Shown: positions 1 to 12,329 of the stretch, in pieces
How the letters are laid out: each line of letters opens with the position of its first letter
Position numbering within the stretch: position 1 is the stretch's first letter
DNA from: Octopus sinensis
Lineage: Eukaryota
Direction of reading: 5' to 3'
NCBI RefSeq assembly: GCF_006345805.1
Contig: NC_043000.1
Location: 17,732,001-17,796,000, forward strand
DNA length: 64,000 nt
Notes under the pieces: generated by a model
Databases searched by the model: none
The model's input: the letters and a program-made list of their open reading frames with translations, nothing else
Told to the model about the DNA's origin: nothing
Program-made: the position numbers and the translations under genes

Positions 1-689
1 ATGCATGCATATATGTATGTATGTACATGCATGCATACAAGCATGAACACACGTGCCCACACACACACACAGAAAAAAAACTCCTTTTTCACTTTTAAAG
101 ATATAATTTCCTTTTCCATTTTTAGACGAAATTTTAGTTGTTCATATTACCTATGAGGCTTGAAAAATAATATGTATATATATATCTACATTTCTACATG
201 AATGTGTGTGTGTGTGTGTGTGAGTAGTAGTAGAGAGAGAGAGAAAAAGAGGGAGAGCTAAGTGAGATTTTGCATTCCACAATGGCCAAACGTCCTTGTC
301 TAATAAGTTCATAAAAGAGAAAGGAAAACAGACTTAGGAAGTGGGTTGTGTGAAATATTTATGGACCTTAATTGAGAGATATGGATTCATATTTCATTCA
401 CATAGATCTCCCCTCCCTTTCTGTTCTACATAACATAACATACGGATTTGTATATACACACACATACAGTGACTCATTGTATAGACATTCTCTATACTCA
501 TACCATAGATATTCTATACACTCATTCTATAGATATTCTATACACTTCATCTATAAGCATTTTACACACTATTTTAGACATCTTATAGAGGTTTATAAAT
601 ACTCTTTTGATACTTTGTAAGTATTCTATAGATATTCTACCAACACACTACTAATCTATAAGCTAATCTGTTTGACACTTTAACCATCT

Positions 690-1990
690 CTCATCTCTGA
701 CTGAAAAGCTTCCTGTCTCATAGAACCATGCAGTGTGTGCTGATGAAGCTCTCTGTAACCCACACTCTGACAGCTCTGGTGTGACCCATGGTTTGGTTAT
801 ATCTCACCCTCTACATCAGTGATTCTCAGCTTGAGGGTCTATATAAGATTTTGTGGGGTCCATGCAACAAAATGGTAAACTGGGGATCTATCATAGTATT
901 TTAAGGGCCCCTGAAAAAAATTCGCTTTAGATGTATGTAATGGTATATATTGCTAGGCGGTGAGCTGGCAGAAACGTTAGCACACATGTTCTGAGTTCAA
1001 ATTCCACCGAGGTCGACTTTGCCTTTCATCCTTTCGGGGTCGATAAATTAAGTACCAGTTGCGTACTGGAGTTGATCTAATTGATTGGCCTCCCCTCCCC
1101 CAGAATTTTGGGCCTTGTACCTAGAGTAGAAAAGATTATATATTGCTAGAAACAGCTAGGTTTCTTTCTCTAACATTTTACATAGTTCACCCTGCACAAG
1201 TTAATGTGTAAGAAACAAAATAGAAATATTGAAAAAAGTTTCTATAAAACTAGTTTGTAAACATCAAATAGCTATAGGGGTCTTTTAGAATAAAATGATA
1301 ATCAAAGGGGGTCCATAGATAAAAAAAAAGTGGTTGAGAACCCCTGCTCTACATTAACAACTGATTAGCTACAACTTTTATAAACATTTACTCATACGTA
1401 TATGACACCATTCTTCATTCTTCCTTTGCCTTCCTCATGCATTCATCATCCATATGCAACCACAACTCTTCATGCCAAACTGATACAGTCTCTGTGAACA
1501 AAGGTCTTAGAAATAACCTCAGATGGAGCCATGACAATATAGTATCTTTGACAATAAAAAGCGCAATCAACTATACATATCAAGGGAACACTCTTATACC
1601 CTACCGTCCATAGTCTCAGAAAACAAACAATCAAAGCTATCAAAATTAATACGATTGTTAGGCTTCACAATCTCTGGTCATCCTTCTTGACAGCTCTACA
1701 TACACAGTATAGCAAACACTGCGTCTCAGTGACTAATCACTCCTCCTTCAAAGCCATAAAATACTTCAGTTCTGATCAATTACTGATCCTCTGCAATACT
1801 CAAGTTGTACTCATGTTGGAGTGGTGCTCCCACATAAGAGCTGATATTGCTCCTACACACACAAGTGTTTAAACCACATCCAAAAAGAAGGCCATCCAAC
1901 TCTACAACCACTGGCCCACAGAAGTGTTGTACTGTTGTCTACTTACTCTGTCTTTTCTATCTCAACTATAATGATCTCTTCTTTTCTAAG
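690..1990 (+). mobile_element. Heavily decayed non-LTR retrotransposon RT fragment (CR1/Jockey-group-like), split by a hAT MITE
   Basis: Broken-frame translations SFLSHRTMQCV..., SGVTHGLVIS (GVPQGSVISP-like), NIYSYVYDTILHSS (YADD region decayed), KYFSSDQLLILCNTQVVLMLEWCSHI; many stops and frameshifts. Confidence 0.55.
817..1346. mobile_element. hAT (Charlie-type) MITE with nested SINE-B fragment (~955-1135)
   Basis: Ends CAGTGATTCTCA / GTTGAGAACCCCTG; perfect 8-bp TSD CTCTACAT at 809-816 and 1347-1354. Confidence 0.9.
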
Positions 1991-2383
1991 CAACCTGGTT
2001 ACATATCAGTTCCAGTCGAGTCGGCCTGATCCACCTGATTCTCTTTTTCTGCAATTATCAGCTTATGGAAATTTAAGCGGAACAGCAACTGAATCAGTCT
2101 GACTAGTTTGTGAGAGTTGACTAAACTCATGAGTACAATCATTTTCTTTTAAGTCATAAAATAAAATCCTATAACCTTTCAAAGAACATTATGTAGAATT
2201 CTATATTCTTTATGTACTCTACAAACATTCTGAAACTATTCTTGCACATTCCATCCACTGTCATTTTAAAGAAACTGCAAAACTATCATTTATCTTTATT
2301 GCATTTTTAAAATATTACAATCCAGTTAAACCCTGTTGATAATTTAGTGCTCTTATCTACTTATGGTATTAATTTATAGCTAA

Positions 2384-2539
2384 TTAGAATAATTTTCTGA
2401 GATCAGATTCTCTGGCCCATAATCCCTGCACAGTGCTGTTGAAGGAATACGAACAATCAATTCTTTGATCATTAGGCCATAACTTTGTTGTTTTAGCCAG
2501 TTTGGACCCTTGCTTGAAATTTACATATCCAATGGTGAG
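2384..2539 (-). CDS. Candidate terminal coding exon of an unidentified minus-strand host gene (LTIGYVNFKQGSKLAKTTKLWPNDQRIDCSYSFNSTVQGLWARESDLRKLF*)
   Basis: Unique non-repetitive sequence; acceptor gaatttttttttAG; only one of three frames is open, 51 codons to TAA. Protein not recognised. Confidence 0.5.
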   Translation of the reverse strand, partial: LTIGYVNFKQGSKLAKTTKLWPNDQRIDCSYSFNSTVQGLWARESDLRKLF

Positions 2540-2629
2540 CTAAAAAAAATTCACAGATTCTTTTACTATCTCATCTTTGCTCTAATTCATCTCTTTATTT
2601 CAATTTATTTCTGAAAATTTGATGTCTCT

Positions 2630-2836
2630 CTTTACTCTTTTACTCTTTTACTTGTTTCAGTCATTTGACTGCGGCCATGCTGGAGCACCGCCTTTAGTCG
2701 AGCAAATCGACCCCGGGACTTATTCTTTGTAAGCCCAGTACTTATTCTATCGGTCTCTTTTGCCGAACCGCTAAGTGATGGGGACGTAAACACACCAGCA
2801 TCGGTTGTCAAGCAATGCTAGGGGGACAAACACAGA

Positions 2837-2880
<44 letters not shown>

Positions 2881-2887
2881 CACATAC

Positions 2888-2944
<57 letters not shown>

Positions 2945-3044
2945 TACGACAGGCTTCTTTCAGTTTCCATCTACCAAATCCACTCACAAGGCATTGGTCG
3001 GCCCAGGGCTATAGCAGAAGACACTTGCCCAAGATGCCACGCAG
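2630..3044 (-). mobile_element. SINE family A copy lacking the tRNA-like head
   Basis: Matches other family A copies (GGTGCTCCAGCATGGCCGCAGTCAAATGACTGAAACAAG tail, internal (TA)n/(TG)n). Confidence 0.85.
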
Positions 3045-3179
3045 GGCATATTTTGAATTCATTCACTACTCAGCAATAAAAACTTCAAATTACTTTGACA
3101 CAAAGTCTTTCTTCATCTCGTATCACTTCTGATCTCTGAACTCTTCTAACCACTAACTGATATTTGACTATCCCACTTC

Positions 3180-3700
3180 TTGTATCGAGGGTATCCATTT
3201 CACTTTACTCCTCTCTCTATACTCAACATCCTCTGTAACTTCACTGTACACAATGTATACAAATATTTCCCTTTGCACTACTTCTACACTGATGATGCCA
3301 GCACAAAGGCCAAATTATTTGTTAATGTTTGCACCTGTTTGTTTCCACCCTTACCCATATTTCTGGCCTACATACTGACACTCTCTAAACATTCTTGACC
3401 TTTTTCTCTCTATCAAACATAACCTTTATCCAGCCAGTATCATCCTTATTTCTAATCAAAGCAACACACATCACATCTTCTTAGTTTATGCTGCCCCACC
3501 ATCCTCATCCAAATTCTTTTGGTTCTTCAAAGTTAGCAAACTTGGAACTTCACCAGTTTTAGAACAACTATTTCTAATGACAACTTGCTTTGCTCTTGAC
3601 CAATGCAAGACAAATAAGTGGGTAATCTAAACCATCCTTCTGGCACGTCTCATTCAATTTTCTACGCAACCAAAGTCCATAACCACTTAAAGCCAAGTTG
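3180..3700 (+). mobile_element. Decayed LINE ORF2 fragment
   Basis: Remnant peptides YTDDASTKAKLF and TSPVLEQLFLM resemble the region upstream of the RT domain in CR1/Jockey-like LINEs; many stops. Confidence 0.35.
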
Positions 3701-3857
3701 TTAGCAACAGCTGTGGTGCTACGCTTGTACAGGTGAAAAATACCTCTTGTAGCACTTGAAAGAAGTACCCATGATCACAACCACCACCACCACTAATTGG
3801 GAGTCATTTACTCCACTACTGTAAAAGGATCATCAAAAAGATAGTAGACACAAACTT

Positions 3858-4007
3858 GGCTATGTGCTAAGAAGCTTGCTTCCCAATCACATGGTTCTGG
3901 GTTCAGTCCTACTGCATGGCACCTTGAGCAAGTGTCTTCTATTATAGCCTTGAACTGATCAAAACCTTATGAGAGGATTTGGTAGACAGAAACTGAAAGA
4001 AGCCCAT

Positions 4008-4074
<67 letters not shown>

Positions 4075-4075
4075 C

Positions 4076-4110
<35 letters not shown>

Positions 4111-4700
4111 ATATATATATATATATACATACACATACATATATATATATGTGTGTGTGTGTATATATTTTTTTTTTGCACCCTTTTTAAAGCCTAGCCA
4201 GGATCATGGGCCCAGTTTCCTGGTTTCTATGGCGTATGTGTTCCCCAGCTGAACAGGATGCCAGTCCATTGCAGCATTACTCATTTTTGCCAGCTGAGTG
4301 GACTGGAGCAATGTGAAATGAAGTGTTTTGCTCAAGAACATAACGCGTCACCCGGTCCAGGAATCGAAACCACAATCTTACGATCATGGTGCTGACACCC
4401 TAACCACTAAGCCACGCACCTCCACACACACACACACATATATATATATGTGCATACATGCATATATATCTATTTATGTGTGTCTTTGTGTCTGTGTTTG
4501 TACCGCCCCACCACTTGACAAGTAGTGTTTGTGTGTATATGACCCTGTAACTTTGTGGTTCAGTAAAAGAAACTAATAGATTAAGTACCAAGCTTAAGAT
4601 AAAATAAGTATTAGGATCAATTCATTTGACTAAAATTCTCCGAGGTAGTGCCCCAGTATGGCCCTGCAGTCTAATGACTGAAACAAGTAAAAGACAAAAG
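3858..4700 (+). mobile_element. Decayed SINE-A interrupted by a minus-strand SINE-C (~4180-4405)
   Basis: Family A head at ~3858-4010 and 3' half at ~4455-4700; reverse-complement SINE-C between them. Confidence 0.7.
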
Positions 4701-5049
4701 GTAAAAATAAGTACTTTAAAGCACTACACAGCCTGCAAGTATTCTTGTTTCCCAACTTTCAACAGAACCTTCTTGATCCTTTGTGTTTCTTAATTTTGCA
4801 GTCTTCTTATTGAATAATCTTCAACTAAGATGTCTCCCACATTTACTGTCACCACATTTACTTCCACCTCTACACTAACAATAAAATTCTTCAGAAACGT
4901 TCCTCTCCATTTCACCAGACTCATCACCATGTATATGGAATCACCAAGGCTGAGAACGTCTTTGAGCAGCTGCACAATCTGCTGTAAATAGCAGTCAAAT
5001 ATCCTTCAAGTTGCATACTGACTTAAAAGAAGAAACATACATTGTTACA

Positions 5050-5220
5050 GAATTAACACAGGTTATAGGAACATAAACATTCTTCCACTAAAAGATAGCT
5101 TAAACTGTGCTCTAAATGGAGGTGTCGTCAAATCCTATTTTATGGACTCAACCATGTTGTAAAATAAGTCGAAAGGTAAGCTACTATAAATCGGCACGAA
5201 CTTTATTGGACAACCCAATA
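5050..5220 (-). mobile_element. mariner-like element end
   Basis: Minus strand begins TA|TTGGGTTGTCCAATAAAGTTCGTGCCG, resembling a mariner TIR; no partner TIR seen. Confidence 0.4.
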
Positions 5221-6199
5221 AATATCAAATGAAATGATCATGGACAAAATATCTTTGATCATTGGTAAAATTGCTTCATAAAGATTAGGAATGCTCTTTA
5301 GGGCTAGAAAATAATTTAGTCAATATTTATCAATTATGGAAGCAGTGTAAAAGTAAAACATACACTTGAGAATTGATCAGAAAACTGGGTTTCTGGTATT
5401 GCTGCTTTATGCACTAATATCTGAGGCTATATCCACATATGTCTGTTGATTGGCAAATATCTAATCACCTGCATGTTACAACCAAGGTGATGCACTGGCA
5501 GAATCATTAGCACATCAGATAAAAATGCTTAGCAACATTTTCTACTGGCTCTTTATATTCTGAGTTCAAATCTTGCCAAGGTCAACTTTGAGTCAATAAA
5601 ATATAGTACCTTCAGAGTCAATAAAATATAGTACCAGTCAAGTATTGGGGTTGATGTAATCAAATTGTCCCCTCTCTATAAAATTGTTGACCTTGAACCC
5701 TGTTTGGACTGGTGTTCCTTTCAGGGGGAATGTTGCGATCTCAGTTCCTTATATGACATAGAAACCAAGTAACTGGCTTTATGAGTCCTAGGCAGTTTGT
5801 TTTAGTTATAATTACTGATGAAGCAGTAATGAAGCTAGGTGGGCTGAGGCAAAAAAAGGGATTTGCATTGGGTGACACCTTTCAGGGATCAGCACTTTTG
5901 GGTCTGCTGTGTATGTATGTGTGTGTATACATACATACATACATGCACACACATGTATAACAGGCTTCTTTTAATTTTATATCCACCAGATCCACTCACA
6001 AGGCATTGGTTGGCCAGGGCTATAATAGAAGACACATGCCCAAGGTGCTATGCAGTGCTACTGAAAGCATGTGGTTGGGAAGCAAACTTCTTAAACACAA
6101 AGTCATGCCTGCACCTACACAACCACACCTTCACTTACACAGTCATGCCTACACTTATATGTATATATATGTATATGTGTGTGTATATATGTATATGTG

Positions 6200-6273
<74 letters not shown>

Positions 6274-7732
6274 TATATATATATATATATATATATAGAT
6301 ATATATATGTATGTATATATATGTATATATGTGTGTATACACACACACATACACACAATGAGGATGATGATGATGATACCACTACTGCCATTACACAAAA
6401 CGCATAAATATTACAACACACAGTGATCCTCAGTCTGAATTCAGTAGTGCTGAATACCTTTGATCAGGAAAGGTTCAAAAATTCATTCAGTGTTGTTGTT
6501 GTTGTTGTTGTCATCATTGCCATTGCTGTTTAGCACCCCCCCCCCCCCGCCCCAAGTATTCTAACTGTGACCATCCTGTCTTTTTCGAAACATTTAGGAC
6601 TACATTATCAAATGTGTCAACTTTTTTTTTTTTTTCATGATAAGGTATGATATGAAAAAGAATTAACTACCATGTCCAGAAGGGTCACCAGCTCACACAG
6701 AGGCTCCCTAATAAGCTCATTTACTTTTATAGTTTTCTAATCGAATGTGGGGAAACAATACAAATGGCCTGTTATGATAGGAAACCAAAAATGATTTTGA
6801 ATTGGGACACACCCGTCTCACCTGGCTTATGACCTGGTACATTGACCTCTATACCAAGTGCATTTCTATTAACAGTCAGTTCATATAATTCAATACTATT
6901 CATTGATTTTAATGTACATGTCCATCTTTGGATGTTTTGTCAATGACAAAGCTTTAATCAACTGAATTGGTTTCTATAGTATCTCATCAGTGAGTGACAA
7001 GTTTTGTCCCATCCTTTATTTTATATTCTCAAATAAACTACCTTATGAATTTCCTGTCTTGTCATATTTCGCCCATACCAACTTCACCAATAACTTCAAT
7101 TTCCTGTTTTTGTTCTTCCCAACAATAAAGTCACTGACACAAAGTTCAGTTTTTTAAGTTCAGCACTTCCTAATGACTAAACAGTTAAGATTTCTGGATT
7201 GGCTTGTTGGAAATAGTTGAAGGAACATTTTTTGCAACTTCAGGGATTTGAACGAAGCTAGATGTAGGGTTAATTTAGAGTTTAGTGTATTCACTTCAAA
7301 CTGGCTCCGTATATCATCATTGTTTAACATCTGTCTTCCATGATAGCCTCGTTGAGATGGTACCACAAGAGCCAACCAGGCCGAAGCCTGCACCATATTT
7401 CTGTGACCGTTTTGGCAGGATTTTTACAGCTGGATACCCTTCCTGACACCAACCACTCAACAGAGTGTGCTTAGTTATTTTTACGTGAAACAAGCACAGG
7501 TGAGGTGAGTTGTGCTTTTTACATGGCACAAACATATATATATGAATGGGAAATTGTATAAAATATACATCCTAGCCTGGTGTATATTGTAAAGTGATAC
7601 TGTTCAATTTGTTAGAGATGGGGAATACTGTACATTATTTACATCATTTACATTGGATGGATATGTATCCTCATCTTGTTTGTTGTTACCACAACAATTT
7701 GGCTGATTTATTCTCCCGCTTCCATCAGGTGT

Positions 7733-8634
7733 CATCGTCATCATCATCGTCGTTTAACATCCACTTTCCATGCTGGCATGGGTTGGACAGTTTGTCAGAG
7801 GGCTGGCTAGCCAGAAGGCTGCACCAGCCAATTACTCCAAGAGTGTAGTGGGTGCTTTTTACATGCCACCAGCACGAGGGCCAGTCAGGTGGTACTGGCA
7901 TTGACCATACTTAAATAGAGCTTTTACATGCAACTGGCACAGGAGCCAGTCAGGTGGCACTGGCAATAATCACGCTTGAATGGTGCTTTTTATGTGCCAC
8001 CGGCACAAGACCAGTCACCCGGCACTGGCATCAACCACACTCAAATGGTGCTTTTATGTGCAACTGGCATGGGAGCCAGTCAGGCGGCACTGGCAATGAT
8101 CACGCTCGAATGATGCTTCTTACATGCCACCAGGATGGGGCCAGTCAGGCGGCACAGGCATTGACCACACTCTAATGGTGCTTTTTACATGCCTCCAGCA
8201 CAGGTGTCAATCAAGCAGTACTGTCATCGGCCACAACAATGACTTCAATTGACTCAACAGGTCTTCACAAATGCAGTTTATCACCCAATGATTGAAGGGT
8301 ACTCTTAAATGGGCCTGTTATGTTGCACTGGCATAGGCCACAGTTATGGTCTCACTTGGCTTGCTGGGTCTTCTCAAGCACAGCAAATCTCTAAGGTGCC
8401 GGTCACTTGTCAACACCTCTGTGAAGCCCAATGTTTGAAGGTCATGCTTCACCACCTCATCTAGGTCTTCCTGGGTCTACCTCTTCCACAGGTTCCACTG
8501 CTAGGGTGTGACACTTTTTCACACAGCTGTCCTCATCCATATGCAACACATGACCATACTAGTGCAGTCGTCTCTCTTGCACACCATATATGATGCTTCT
8601 TATGTCCAACTTTTCTCTCAGGGCACTTACAGTG
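7733..8634 (-). mobile_element. 5'-truncated RTE-clade LINE: ORF C-terminus + long 3' UTR (family D) + (GAT)n tail
   Basis: Minus strand encodes a decayed LREKLDIRSI.YGVQERRLH.YGHVLHMDEDSCVKK...GTCGRGRPRKT, runs through tandem GGTGGCACATAAAAAGCACC-type units and ends ...AACCCATGCCAGCATGGAAAGTGGATGTTAAACGACGATGATG. Confidence 0.85.
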
Positions 8635-8656
8635 CCTGGAATGAATGAATGAATTA

Positions 8657-8694
<38 letters not shown>

Positions 8695-8696
<2 letters not shown>

Positions 8697-9250
8697 GCCC
8701 TGATGCAGTACCAGGCAGTGGCTCTCATGCCTTCTGATCTTAACTGATTGGAAGTGTTATCATGTACATTGTTTTGTCTTGGTATAAAAGATGGGCTACA
8801 GCAAATATTCTGCTCAATACCACAGATTTGCTTGTTAGTTGTTTGACCTTAACCAGTTGAGCATGTCCCTTAGTGGCTGACGATATGTGCATCTCTGATC
8901 ACGAGCAGAAGTAGTGGGGGAGCATCATAGCCATGTGTTGAGAAGGATTCTTTGGGGTTTGAATAATTCACCTCTGGAAACATGGGTGTTTCGTTCAACG
9001 TCCTTAAATAACCCTTATTCAAGGACCTTTTGAGCGGGATGGGTTACTCGATCTGAAGAAAATTCTAACTGGGCTCCACCTGCAAGGTCATGTGCTGTTT
9101 ATCTTGATATGAGATCACCATGTCGCGCACATATGGTTGTGATGCATGTGCCTGGTGTACCCTTATCAGACGGGTAGTCATGATGGGTATACTGGGCTTC
9201 GTATATTTTACCCCAGTGTCACTTTGATGGCATGCTCTGCTCGCTCACTC
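8695..9250 (-). mobile_element. Unclassified ~555-bp non-coding interspersed element (family E), copy 1
   Basis: Near-identical reverse-complement copy at 47447-48003; both flanked by (TAA)n on both sides. Confidence 0.8.
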
Positions 9251-9274
9251 ATAATAATAATATAATAATATACC

Positions 9275-9330
<56 letters not shown>

Positions 9331-9439
9331 TAATAATAATAATAATACTAAAACTAATACTAATACTAATAATAATGATAATAATAACAATAATAATAAT
9401 AAAAATACTAATACTAATAATAATAATAAATTATATTAA

Positions 9440-9615
9440 CAAAAAAATACCTTAGGAATGAGAACCCAGGGTTGTGTTCAAATTTGTACCAGGACACCTG
9501 ATGAAGGCTGGAGAGTAAATCAGCTGAAATGTTGTGGTAACAACAAACAAGATGAGGATACATATCTGTCCAATGTAAATAATGTAATAATGTAAATAAT
9601 GTAAATAATGTAAAT
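9440..9615 (+). mobile_element. Penelope-like-element-type fragment with a decayed minimal hammerhead core
   Basis: CTGATGA-A-GGCTG(loop)CAGCT-GAAATGTT at 9498-9533; related inverted copy at ~7625-7735; (TGTAAATAA)n tail. Confidence 0.5.
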
Positions 9616-9681
9616 AATGCATTGTAAAATGATGTACATAAATAAGAAATAGTGGAATTAAGTAAGGATAATACTGTATAA

Positions 9682-9982
9682 CAGTGATTCTTAAAGTGGG
9701 CGGTACTGCTCCACTGGAAGGAGGGCCGTAGAAATGTCGAAGTGGGGGGTTGAAAAAAATGGGGCAATACTAGAGTGGCCAAAAGGGGGTCAATGGATGT
9801 GAAAATGAACTAAAATAATGGGTTAATTATGTTGTTTTATTTGTGAAATACAGTTCTTTTGAATGTGTTGCAGAAAGTGATCTGTATTTGTGGTGGTGAG
9901 TTGGGTGGGGTGGAGTGGTGGACTAGGAATGTGGCCTGGGTGCCAAGGGAAGCGGTAACCTGAAAAAGTTTGGGAACCACTG
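9682..9982. mobile_element. hAT (Charlie-type) MITE
   Basis: Ends CAGTGATTCTTAAAGT / AAGTTTGGGAACCACTG; 8-bp TSD CTGTATAA / CTGTAAAA (1 mismatch). Confidence 0.8.
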
Positions 9983-10307
9983 CTGTAAAAGAATGAAGCT
10001 TGGGCAGTTATGCTAATGAAGGAGTCTTTTCACAGTCATTTCATCATTTGGCAGAAATAGCTGCCAAATCTTCCTCAAATTATAGCCTTCTGTTTAAAAA
10101 GAAAGGGGAAGACATATTGGATAATGTAATCTTAGATCTAGTATGTTAAATAAAGGAGCTTGTAGCAGCCGGAATTTCTGTGATCCTTGATATACTGGTT
10201 AAGGTTTGTCATAAACAATAATAGCACAGCTAATATGAAGGGAGCTTCTACATGGTTGCTTGGTCTGCTAGAAGTAACACCTAAATATCCTTCAAATTAC
10301 ATCCTAC

Positions 10308-10338
<31 letters not shown>

Positions 10339-10343
<5 letters not shown>

Positions 10344-10714
10344 CTCTATATAAACGGCAGTTTGTCTGTGTGTGTTTCTGTGTGTCTGTTTTCTCGTACC
10401 CTCACTCTGACCACGGCTTTCAACCGATTCTGATGAAACTTGACACACACATAGCCCAATGTCATAATTCAAAACTAACGCAGCGAAAATTTTGAAAAGT
10501 TCCCCCAGTTCTGAAAAAAATCGATAAATTCGACATGGGGTCGAGAATCAGAAACCCAAACCACAGGGGACGCAACTCCACCTTTTTTAACTCTCAAAAA
10601 AAATTTACCATAATTTTTTTTCCATTTTTTTGCTATTTTTTGGCTATAACTCTCTAAAAATGCTTTATAGTTATTTCCATTACAAACCTGAGCAACGCCG
10701 GGCGACACTGCTAG
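10339..10714 (+). mobile_element. Non-autonomous Helitron-like element, copy 1
   Basis: A|TC start, internal (GT/GTCT)n, subterminal hairpin CCTGAGCAACGCCGGG, CTAG|T end; shared ends with 44189-44585 and 48906-49290. Confidence 0.75.
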
Positions 10715-10982
10715 TATATATATATATATATATATATACAAAGTAAGACACATTCGGAAATGTAGTCCCAGTTACACTATGCTTAAAAAAATTACAGATG
10801 AACCCAGCTGGGACATCTCTGATTATAGTTCCGCTGGATTAGAACTGATCTGGGTTAAACAGCAACACACACACACACACACCACACACATACACACACT
10901 CATGCACATGCATAAACACACACACACACATGCACGCAAGCATGCACATGCACACACACACACACACATAAACACACACACA

Positions 10983-11039
<57 letters not shown>

Positions 11040-11807
11040 TTAATAATTTCTCTATGCCTGCTTGAAGCAAAATCTCTCTCAAATCGCATTTTGTTGTCTC
11101 AAATAAAAATAGAACACACTGGAGACTGTAGTTCCTGATATGCCATACAGGGTGGTCATAAGTGGACTGTTTTTTAAATCAGGGCCGACAGGGTTCTAAG
11201 CAACAGCAGTAATCCTTATGACTTGATGGCAGAAGAAATATATTTATTCCATAATCTGGAAAGCACTAAAGTTATAGTCATAACAATTTATAACCAGGAC
11301 ACACCCACTTGTTCATGCTTGACATAATTACTTCAATAACAATTCTGGTAAACACCCTCAGCTGCTAGATATATTTCACAGAGGTGTAACATGATTTCTA
11401 AGATAAAGTACAAGGATACACATTTCAATGAGGGGTAAAGTCAATTATAATGTGTCAGTAGTTGACAAGTGCTTATTTTATTGATCCCAGAACGGATGAA
11501 AGGCAAAATCCATTAATGTAGGGCTTGAACTCAGGATGTAAGAGGATGTAACTAAATAGTTGCAAACTAATTAGTTTGATGCTCTACTAATTTTGACAAA
11601 CAACCACCCTTTGTAAATAATAGGAAACAGGGTAATTAAGTGAAAATGACATAATGTAATCTATTTGTTTCACATACCTCATGTTTAATTTCAGCTTCTG
11701 CTTTGATTTACATTGATTTACATGCTACATGAGTGAATGCGGCATGACTCCTTAAATATTAAATGTTGAATTTGACAGGGAGTGGGAAGGGACAAAGAAC
11801 CTTTAAG

Positions 11808-12103
11808 CACTAAATGACTGATCCTGGCAGAATCCTTAAACACTAAATGAGCCATACTGGTAGAGTCTTCAGACACTAAATGAGTCATACGGTCTTTAGA
11901 CATGCTAGTCTTTAGTCATTAAATAATTGGCACTGGTAGAGTCTTTATACACTAAACGACCCATCCTGGTAGATTCTTCTCACACTAAATGAGCCATTCT
12001 AGCAGAATCTTTAGAAAATAAATGGACCATTCTGGCTGTCTTTATGCACTAAATATGTCATACTGGTGGAGTTTTAAATAATCCATCTTGGTAGAATCTT
12101 TTA
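11808..12103. repeat. Degenerate 33-bp minisatellite (~9 units)
   Basis: Recurring CACTAAATGAGCCATACTGGTAGAGTCTTTAGA-like unit. Confidence 0.8.
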
Positions 12104-12329
12104 GCTTTTTAAGTGTGATTGATCATTCACTTTGAAAGATATAACAGATGTATCTGCCTCAAATCACATCTTACCTTCATAAAAATTGAAGGACACATTG
12201 GGAATGTTGTCCTAGATATGCTATTTCTGAAAATAAAATGGGGTGCTTATGGTTGGCACACCTTTAGCAATAGGTCTACTTTGTAAGGGCTTACTTGGGA
12301 CTAAGTAATAACAACAACAATTTATATAT

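Noticed and set aside
6760-7310. Coding-like unique sequence on the minus strand
   Set aside because: All frames are interrupted by stops and no consistent splice-site pair was found.
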